From contig JABLXR010000005.1 in the NCBI GenBank assembly GCA_013178015.1, forward strand, positions 38,532 through 102,531: a DNA stretch of 64,000 bases, read 5' to 3'. The position numbers and the translations under genes are program-made. This document shows, piece by piece, positions 58,097 through 64,000 of this stretch. The DNA comes from Anaerolineae bacterium (GTDB taxonomy: Bacteria > Chloroflexota > Anaerolineae > DRVO01). The notes beneath the pieces were generated by a model. It did no database searches. It was not told the origin of the DNA and worked only from the letters and a program-made list of their open reading frames with translations. Every line of letters begins with the position of its first letter. The first letter of the stretch is position 1.

Positions 58097-60019
58097 TCAT
58101 TCCCGCATCCACACCAGCATGTCCCCCGGCTCGCGGTTGGCCCAGGCGTAGTAGGGCACAGCCACCACCTCCACCGGCACCTCGGCCGGTGGCGCCGACC
58201 GGTACAGCCGGCCGTCCCATCCGGAACGGCCCCGGCGCGTGCCCTCGCCCCGGACGATCATGACCCCGCCCAGGAGGTCTGGCTCCCAATGCGCGCGGAG
58301 CTCCGAACTCCGCGGCAGGCGGATGTCCTCCAGGTTGGGGCCGTTGTCGACCTGCTCCAGGCAGTAGACCAGGGGGCCCCGCTGCAGGGCTACCCGTCCG
58401 GCATCGTCCCGCACCTCGGGATGGGCGTACACCCGCTCCACCGGCATGGGCAGCATCAACTCGACTACGTCGCCGGCCTTCCACTTCCGGCGCAGGTAGG
58501 CGTAGCCGTCTTGCGTCACCTCGTGCACCGGGATGGCCTCGCCGTTCACCGTCAGTTCGGGCTCCCGGCACCAGCCGGGCAGGCGCAGGGCCAGGGTGAA
58601 TTCGGTCTCGCGTTCAGGCTCCACCGTCAGGCGGACTTGCTCCCGCCAGGGATAGCCCGTCTCCTGAGTGAGCGCCACCTGGTTCCCGGCCAGACTGACC
58701 GCGGCCCGGCCCCCGACGTAGAGGTGGACGTAGAGAGCGTCCTCGCCCAGGGAGTAGAGGTACTGGCCCAGGGAGGTGAGCATCCGGGCGATGTTGGGCG
58801 GACAACAGGCACAGGGGAACCACTCCTGTCGCTCCGGCGCTACGACCGACCGCCCGAACAGTTCTACCTCGTGCCGGTAGGCCTGGTAGTCCAGCGCCAG
58901 GGGGTTCACGTAGAAGAAACGATCCCCGGACAGGGAGATGCCGCTGAGGACGCCGTTGTACAGGGCCCGCTCCATGGCGTCGGCATACTCGCCCTTGGGC
59001 TCCACCTGCAGCAGGCGGTGGGCCCAGAACACCAGGCCGATGGCGGCGCAGGTCTCGGTGTAGGCGGAGTAGTTGGGCAGATGATAGTCCCAAGTGAAGC
59101 GCTCGCCTTCGCGGGCCGACCCGACGCCGCCGGTGAGGTACATGCGTCGCTGGGTGACATTGGCCCACAGCCGCTGCACCGCCTCCAGCAGGGACCGGTC
59201 GCCCGTCTCGGCGGCTACGTCGGTCATGCCGCTGTAGAGGTACATGGCCCGCACGGCATGGCCCTCGGCCGTCTCCTGTTCCCGCACCGGCAGGTGGGCC
59301 TGATTGTAGCGGTAGTCGCGCCCCTGCCAGGTGGCGGGGTCATCGCCGCGGGCCTGGGCCTCCAGCTCGTAATAGTGGGGCTGACGCCCGCGCTCGTCCA
59401 CGAAGAAACGGGCCAGGTTCAGGTAGCGAAGCTCGCCTGTTTGCCGGTAGAGCTTCACCAGGGCCAGCTCGATCTCCTCGTGGCCCGGGTACCCTCGGCG
59501 CTGCCCCTCCTCGGGGCCGAACCGGGAGGCGATGTGGTCGGCATAGCGACAGAGGGCCTCGAGGAGGGTGTCCTTGCCGGTGGCCTGCTTGTGGGCCACG
59601 GCCGCTTCCATGAGGTGGCCAGCGCAGTAGAGCTCGTGCCAGTCGCGCAGGTTGGTCCAGCGCTTGTCCGGCTCCACGACGGTGAAGTGGACGTTAAGGT
59701 AGCCGTCGGGCTGCTGGGCGGAGACGATGAGCTCCACCACCTCATCCAGGGCCCGCTCCAGCTCCGGGTCGGGGTGGGTGGCCAGGCTGTAGGCGGCGGC
59801 TTCCACCCACTTGGCCACATCCGAGTCCCAGAACATGTGGGGCGGATTGGGCTGGCCGGGGCGCCACTCCAGGCGGAAGGCATCTATGCGGCCGGTAGCG
59901 CGGCAGTGCCGCAGTTCTACGGGCAGGGTGACGCGGCGGGTGATCTCCTGCCGCGGGGCCCAGAAGGTATCGGACAGGGCGACGCTGTGAAGGGGTACCG
60001 GTCGAAGGGGCGCGTTCAT
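58097..60019 (-). CDS. Glycoside hydrolase family 127 (DUF1680, beta-L-arabinofuranosidase-like)
   Basis: GH127 features: a YCAGH-like motif, Cys-rich zinc site (EWFPCACCPPN) and a length of about 640 aa. AGGAGG upstream of the ATG. Confidence 0.85.
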   Translation of the reverse strand: MNAPLRPVPLHSVALSDTFWAPRQEITRRVTLPVELRHCRATGRIDAFRLEWRPGQPNPPHMFWDSDVAKWVEAAAYSLATHPDPELERALDEVVELIVSAQQPDGYLNVHFTVVEPDKRWTNLRDWHELYCAGHLMEAAVAHKQATGKDTLLEALCRYADHIASRFGPEEGQRRGYPGHEEIELALVKLYRQTGELRYLNLARFFVDERGRQPHYYELEAQARGDDPATWQGRDYRYNQAHLPVREQETAEGHAVRAMYLYSGMTDVAAETGDRSLLEAVQRLWANVTQRRMYLTGGVGSAREGERFTWDYHLPNYSAYTETCAAIGLVFWAHRLLQVEPKGEYADAMERALYNGVLSGISLSGDRFFYVNPLALDYQAYRHEVELFGRSVVAPERQEWFPCACCPPNIARMLTSLGQYLYSLGEDALYVHLYVGGRAAVSLAGNQVALTQETGYPWREQVRLTVEPERETEFTLALRLPGWCREPELTVNGEAIPVHEVTQDGYAYLRRKWKAGDVVELMLPMPVERVYAHPEVRDDAGRVALQRGPLVYCLEQVDNGPNLEDIRLPRSSELRAHWEPDLLGGVMIVRGEGTRRGRSGWDGRLYRSAPPAEVPVEVVAVPYYAWANREPGDMLVWMRE

Positions 60020-60081
60020 ATGGCCTCCTGAGCGGTAGTGACCCCCATTGTGGCGGTTGGCGGCGGGGAGTCAACCGGAGA

Positions 60082-60244
60082 GGGATTCACTGCAGAGACC
60101 GCTGAGACCGCAGAGAGAAGATGAAGAGGCTGGGCGAAGGCCATCAGGTTCTCAGGCTAGCCACATTCCCGCCGACCGTCTTTCCCTGTCCCCTCCCTTC
60201 TGAGCGCTTTCTCCGCGGTCTCTGCGTTCTTTGCGGTGAGACCC
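60082..60244. repeat. MITE-like element, same family (GGGATTCACTGCAGAGACCGCTGAGACCGCAGAGAGAAG...CTTTGCGGTGAGACCC)
   Basis: It exactly fills the spacer between the GH127 start (60019) and the stop of the second URO-D-like gene (60246). Confidence 0.65.
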
Positions 60245-60245
60245 T

Positions 60246-61277
60246 TCACGCCCGAATCGGATACCCGCCGTACTTCTCCACCGCCTCGGTGAATGCCACC
60301 ACGTTCGTCGGGTCGAGATACCCTGCCAGGCTGTTGCCGCTGGTGATGATGTAGCCGCCTCCCGGGCCGACGTTGCGCATCAGCCAGCGGACCTCGTCCT
60401 CCACCTCCTGAGGAGTGCCCAGGCCGAGGATGTTCAGGTCCAGGTTGCCCAGCACGCAGATGCGATCCCCGTACCGCCGCTTCCCCTCCACGATGTCCAT
60501 GGCTCCCTTCTCGTTGGGGTGCAGCCCGGCGATGCCCAGGCTGAGTAGGCCCTCCATGAAAGGCATCAGGTTCCCGTCGCTATGGATCACCCAGGGCAGA
60601 CTGACCCTTCGTCCTACACGGCGAAACCGGGGCAGGACTAGGTCGTGGAACACCTGAGGGGAGAAGAAGGGGCCGCTCTTGAAGGCCATGTCATCCGTGG
60701 ACACGAAGACGTCGAACCCCAGGCTGCACACTCTCTCGGCTACGGCTTCGGCCCAGTCCACGTACCGATCCAGCACCGCCTCCACGAACCCCAGGTCCTC
60801 GTAAAGGGAGACGCTGAAGGTCTCGGTGCCCATACCCAGCATGGTAGGGAAGATGCCCACTCGGGTGACGAACCAGCAGGAGTAGTCCTCCTTGCCGTCC
60901 ACGAACCGCTTGGCTCCCTCGTAGAGCCGCTCGTCGGTGGGGTCGGGCAGTTGGATCATGTCCATGTCGGCCCGAGCGCGGATCATGCCCTCCCCATAGA
61001 ACAGGCGCCCGTCCTGTCCGGGAAGCTTGCGGGCGTACACCGGAGCCCGGAGCACATAGTGGATGTTATCCAGCTTGAGGAAGGAGGCGATGGCCTTCTC
61101 CTCCTCCAGCGTGTAGGGGTTCTGCTCCAGGTCATCGCGCTGGCTGAGGGGTCCACCCCACTGCAGGAGTTGCTGCGCTAGGGCGCGGTCCACACCCAAC
61201 TCACAATGCGGCACTCTGTCGGGCTGTTCCCGCCGCAGCGCGGCCGCCACTCTCTCTCGAGACGTCATGTCCGCCAT
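60246..61277 (-). CDS. URO-D family protein (MtaA/uroporphyrinogen-decarboxylase-like), second copy
   Basis: N-terminal SRERVAAALRREQPDRVP and C-terminal motifs. About 30 % similar by eye to 24502-25638. Confidence 0.75.
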   Translation of the reverse strand: MADMTSRERVAAALRREQPDRVPHCELGVDRALAQQLLQWGGPLSQRDDLEQNPYTLEEEKAIASFLKLDNIHYVLRAPVYARKLPGQDGRLFYGEGMIRARADMDMIQLPDPTDERLYEGAKRFVDGKEDYSCWFVTRVGIFPTMLGMGTETFSVSLYEDLGFVEAVLDRYVDWAEAVAERVCSLGFDVFVSTDDMAFKSGPFFSPQVFHDLVLPRFRRVGRRVSLPWVIHSDGNLMPFMEGLLSLGIAGLHPNEKGAMDIVEGKRRYGDRICVLGNLDLNILGLGTPQEVEDEVRWLMRNVGPGGGYIITSGNSLAGYLDPTNVVAFTEAVEKYGGYPIRA

Positions 61278-61310
61278 GTGCTTCTCCTATCTTCAGGGAG
61301 TCCGACCGCT

Positions 61311-61456
61311 GGGACGCAGACGCGGAGAGGGGGAGACACGGAGACACGGAGAGGGGGAGAGGGGGAGATGGTGAGACGCGGAGAGAGGGAGACTGCCCCC
61401 TGGTCGTAGCGTCTCGGTATCTCCCCCTCTCCGCGTCTCCCCCTCTCCCCCTCCCC
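61311..61456. repeat. Imperfect hairpin element of GGAGA-word type
   Basis: Left arm GACGCGGAGAGGGGGAGACACGGAGACACGGAGAGGGGGAGAGGG..., right arm its pyrimidine-rich complement. It shares the word CACGGAGACAC with the arms flanking the GxxExxY gene. Confidence 0.65.
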
Positions 61457-61478
61457 AATGGCCACGGGTGCCGCCCCG

Positions 61479-62129
61479 CTAAGTCTGGCCCAGGCCCGTC
61501 AGGTACTCTAGCATGTAGCGGAGAATCAGGCACAGCGACAGCGCCCCCGGATCGGGGTGGCCGAGGGAGCGCTCGCCCAACGTCTTGGCCTTGCCGATTC
61601 TAGCCACCATGCTCTTGGTCGCCTCCACCCCCGACCAGGCGGCTTCGCCAGCCGCGCGCAAAGCCTCCGGCAGGGGCGCCTCCCGGTTCGACCGGGCCGC
61701 TTCGGCCGCGGGTGCCAGGGCGTCCACGACCGTCTTGTCGCCCGGCGCCGCCTTCCCCCGCCTCTGTACCGCCGTCAAGGCCTCTTCCAGGAAGTCGGCC
61801 AGCCCGGCAGCGTCCAGTGTCTCTCTCCCCCTCAGGGCCGCCGCTCCTGCGCGGAATAGAGTGCCGAAGATGGCCCCGGCGGCCCCGCCCACCGAGGTGA
61901 GCAGGGCCGTTCCCGCGGCCTGAAGGGCATCGCCGGGGAGGTCGATCTCGGCACTCCGCAGTCTGGCCGCCACCGCAGCGAAGCCCCGGGCCATGCCCAC
62001 GCCGTGATCGCCGTCGCCCACGGCCCGGTCCGCCTGGGTGAGAAGGTCGGCGGTCTCCTGCATCCGGGCGGCTACGTGCAGGAGCATGTCTCTTGTCTGG
62101 GCTGCGGTCAGCCCTGTCACCGGGCTCAT
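61479..62129 (-). CDS. dhaL: Dihydroxyacetone kinase subunit DhaL
   Basis: DhaL pattern (DAVGDGDHGVGMARGF). Confidence 0.85.
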   Translation of the reverse strand: MSPVTGLTAAQTRDMLLHVAARMQETADLLTQADRAVGDGDHGVGMARGFAAVAARLRSAEIDLPGDALQAAGTALLTSVGGAAGAIFGTLFRAGAAALRGRETLDAAGLADFLEEALTAVQRRGKAAPGDKTVVDALAPAAEAARSNREAPLPEALRAAGEAAWSGVEATKSMVARIGKAKTLGERSLGHPDPGALSLCLILRYMLEYLTGLGQT

Positions 62130-63154
62130 CTCCTGCTAAGGCCCAACGAAGAGCAAGGCGCATCGTAGTAGGCTTTGAGTTCCTCATCCAGCCGCAGCAG
62201 GGTGAGGGAGAACCCGGCCATTTCCTGGCAGGTGCAGAAGCTGCCCACCACGGTGTCGTGCGCCTGCAGGCCCTCGCGCGCCAGGACCTGGTGGGCCCTC
62301 CTGCAGGCCACCAGGAGCTCCATCCAGGTAGTGGAGCCCAGGTCGTTCACCAACAGGCACACTTCGTCGCCGGGGCGAAACAGCCGGCTCTCGAGCCGCC
62401 CGGCGGGCGGGTCCGCCAGGATCCTCTCCAGCATCTGGTCCACCAGCGCATCGGCGAGCATCATCGGGCCGCGGGCCACCCCGGGCTCGCCGTGGAGGCC
62501 CATGCCGATCTCGATCTCGTCCTCGCCCAGCTCGAAAGTGGGCTCGCCGGTCTCGGGGATGGACCCGGCGGCCACGGCCACCCCCATGGAGCGAGTGTGG
62601 TCGCGGGCCTTGGCCGTCACCCGTGCTACCTCGCCCAGCTCGCCGAGGGCGGCAGCGGCGGCTCCGGCCACCTTGATGACGAACAGATCGCCCGCGATCC
62701 CGCGGCGATCCTCCAGGCGTTCCGGTGGAGCGGCGGCGACGTCGTCCCATACGCGCACCGTCTCCACCCGGATGCCCTCCTCCATCGCCAGCTCGGCGGC
62801 GATGTCGAAGTTCATGTTGTCGCCAGCGTAGTTGCCGTAGAGGTAGAGGACGCCGGCGCCCCGGTGGACGGCGCGGGTGGCGGCCAGGATGACGTCCGGG
62901 GTGGGAGCGGCGAAGACGTGCCCGCAGGCGGCTCCGTCGGCCAGGTTGTCGCCGATGAAGGCGGGGAAGAGGGGCTCATGGCCGCTGCCGCCGCCGATGA
63001 GGAGGGCCACCTTGCCCTCGGGAATGTGGGCTTTGGCCAGGGCGCCGGTGGGCTCGAGCAGGCGCATTGAGCCGCCATAGGCGGCGACCAGCCCCTCCAG
63101 AAGCTCCGGCACCGCGCGGGAGGGATCGTTGAGGATCTTCTTGGCTCTAGGCAT
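62126..63154 (-). CDS. dhaK: Dihydroxyacetone kinase subunit DhaK
   Basis: Dak1 motifs (LLIGGGSGHEP; GMGLHGEPG). It overlaps dhaL by 4 nt. Confidence 0.9.
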   Translation of the reverse strand: MPRAKKILNDPSRAVPELLEGLVAAYGGSMRLLEPTGALAKAHIPEGKVALLIGGGSGHEPLFPAFIGDNLADGAACGHVFAAPTPDVILAATRAVHRGAGVLYLYGNYAGDNMNFDIAAELAMEEGIRVETVRVWDDVAAAPPERLEDRRGIAGDLFVIKVAGAAAAALGELGEVARVTAKARDHTRSMGVAVAAGSIPETGEPTFELGEDEIEIGMGLHGEPGVARGPMMLADALVDQMLERILADPPAGRLESRLFRPGDEVCLLVNDLGSTTWMELLVACRRAHQVLAREGLQAHDTVVGSFCTCQEMAGFSLTLLRLDEELKAYYDAPCSSLGLSRR

Positions 63155-63167
63155 ATGGGGCCTCCTG

Positions 63168-63241
63168 AAACGTGAGACGTGAGGAGTGACAGGCGCCCAG
63201 CGGCGCCTGGAGGTTCACGGGTCACTTGTCACGCGTCACGC
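63168..63241. repeat. Imperfect hairpin element of ACGTGAG/GTCACGC-word type
   Basis: ACGTGAGACGTGAGGAGTGACAGGCGCC...GGCGCCTGGAGGTTCACGGGTCACTTGTCACGCGTCACGC sits between the dhaK start and the aldolase stop. Confidence 0.55.
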
Positions 63242-64000
63242 ATCATCCTCTCCGCCTGCTCCGGCGTCGCTCCCCGATGCACCACCTCTGCCAGCGCCTG
63301 CACCATCCGCCGTGGGTTCTGGGACTGCCACACGTTGCGGCCGAAGGTCACGCCGGCCCCGCCGGCCGCGACCACGTTGTAGGCCATGGTGAGGGCCTCC
63401 AGAGGAGTGTCGCACCGGGCGCCGCCGGCGGCCACCACCAGCGCCGGGGCGGCTGCCTCTACCACCTGGGCGAAGCTCTCCGCCGACCCGGTGTAGAAAG
63501 TCTTGATCACGTCCACTCCCAGCTCCATGGCCAGCCGAGAGGCGTACGCCACCCGGGCGGCGGTGTAGCGCTCCTCGGGCGGGACCAGGCTGCCGTTGGG
63601 GTAGGCGTGCACTACCACCGGCATCCCCACCGCCTCGGCCTCGCGCACCAGCGCCGCCAGGCCTTCCAGCAGCTGGGGCTGCTCCGGGCTGCCCACCGTC
63701 AGGGCCATGGCGATGGCGTCGGCTCCCAGCCGGAGGGCGTCCTCCATGTGGCTCACCCACACGTCCCGTTCGGGATGGTAGGGGGACAGGGTGGAGGACT
63801 TAAGGATGAGAGCGATGCGCCCGGCATAGGGCTCGAAGCAGCGCTCGGCCGTGCCCTTCATCAGCAGTAGAGCGTCCGGCCCTCCCCCCGCCACCTGCGC
63901 TATGGCCGCCCGGATGTCCTCCAGCCCGGGCAGGACCCCATAGCTAGGCGCGTGGTCCAGCGCTACGGTGAACACGCGCCCGGAGTCTTGGTTGAGCAGC
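63229..64000 (-). CDS. Class I (DhnA/LacD-type) aldolase; the N-terminus lies beyond the window end
   Basis: DhnA-family pattern (VALDHAP...LLLMKG...IKTFYTGS...GVTFGRNVWQ). The ORF stays open to nt 64000. Confidence 0.7.
   Translation of the reverse strand, partial: LLNQDSGRVFTVALDHAPSYGVLPGLEDIRAAIAQVAGGGPDALLLMKGTAERCFEPYAGRIALILKSSTLSPYHPERDVWVSHMEDALRLGADAIAMALTVGSPEQPQLLEGLAALVREAEAVGMPVVVHAYPNGSLVPPEERYTAARVAYASRLAMELGVDVIKTFYTGSAESFAQVVEAAAPALVVAAGGARCDTPLEALTMAYNVVAAGGAGVTFGRNVWQSQNPRRMVQALAEVVHRGATPEQAERMMRDA

Noticed and set aside
58016-60031. 671-aa plus-strand ORF antisense to GH127
   Set aside because: Composition-biased. The GH127 frame on the minus strand has the Cys-rich zinc site and full family length.
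61311-61456. CRISPR array or tandem-repeat locus suggested by repeated GGAGA/CACGGAGA words (also 30990-31050 GCCTCTGT x3)
   Set aside because: The repeat units are only 5-9 nt, with no regular repeat and spacer periodicity, and each array is mirrored by its reverse complement. These are arms of hairpin elements, not CRISPR. No cas genes are present in the window.
1-64000. rRNA, tRNA or other canonical RNA genes
   Set aside because: I found no stretch with rRNA-like conservation or a tRNA cloverleaf signature by eye. I cannot exclude a tRNA without running a scanner (tRNAscan-SE or Infernal would decide).

Overview
This is a high-GC (about 65-70 %) bacterial chromosomal segment with dense coding on both strands. 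I found no rRNA, tRNA or CRISPR. The window contains dnaA (50238-51596), so it lies near the replication origin, but I could not pinpoint oriC. Gene content is mixed. There is a carbohydrate uptake and degradation set: a sugar ABC transporter operon with an embedded URO-D/MtaA-like gene and a ceramidase-like gene, GH127, a GH5-like hydrolase, a tandem esterase, dhaKL, an aldolase and the uxuA 3' end. There are cell-envelope genes: GT4 + PIG-L-like deacetylase + GNAT; GT2 + flippase-like protein flanked by two paralogous B12-radical-SAM genes; a BNR lipoprotein; a DsbA-like lipoprotein; and a large Pro/Thr-linker secreted protein. There is a cluster of corrinoid-methyltransferase accessory-like genes (DUF1847, MFS, RACo-like ferredoxin/ASKHA, SAM methyltransferase, MTH1187, DUF1638-like) with no visible corrinoid protein. 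The remaining genes are a MocR regulator next to an ECF S-component, a hybrid histidine kinase with a response regulator, arfB, cspA, a PurH-like AICAR transformylase, hemW, and two tandem SHOCT-pentapeptide proteins with a DUF2089 gene. The most striking sequence-level feature is a dense family (at least 14 copies in 64 kb) of long imperfect hairpin or MITE-like elements. Their left arms are purine-rich word repeats, their right arms are the pyrimidine-rich complement, and they carry a recurrent TCACGC/GCGTGA core. They sit precisely in intergenic spacers and overlap gene termini. One pair of arms brackets a GxxExxY (PD-(D/E)XK) gene and supplies the start of one neighbour and the stop codons of the other. 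One copy is inserted in-frame inside a GNAT gene, and hemW may carry another. All functional calls rest on motif recognition from the translated ORFs, not on database searches.
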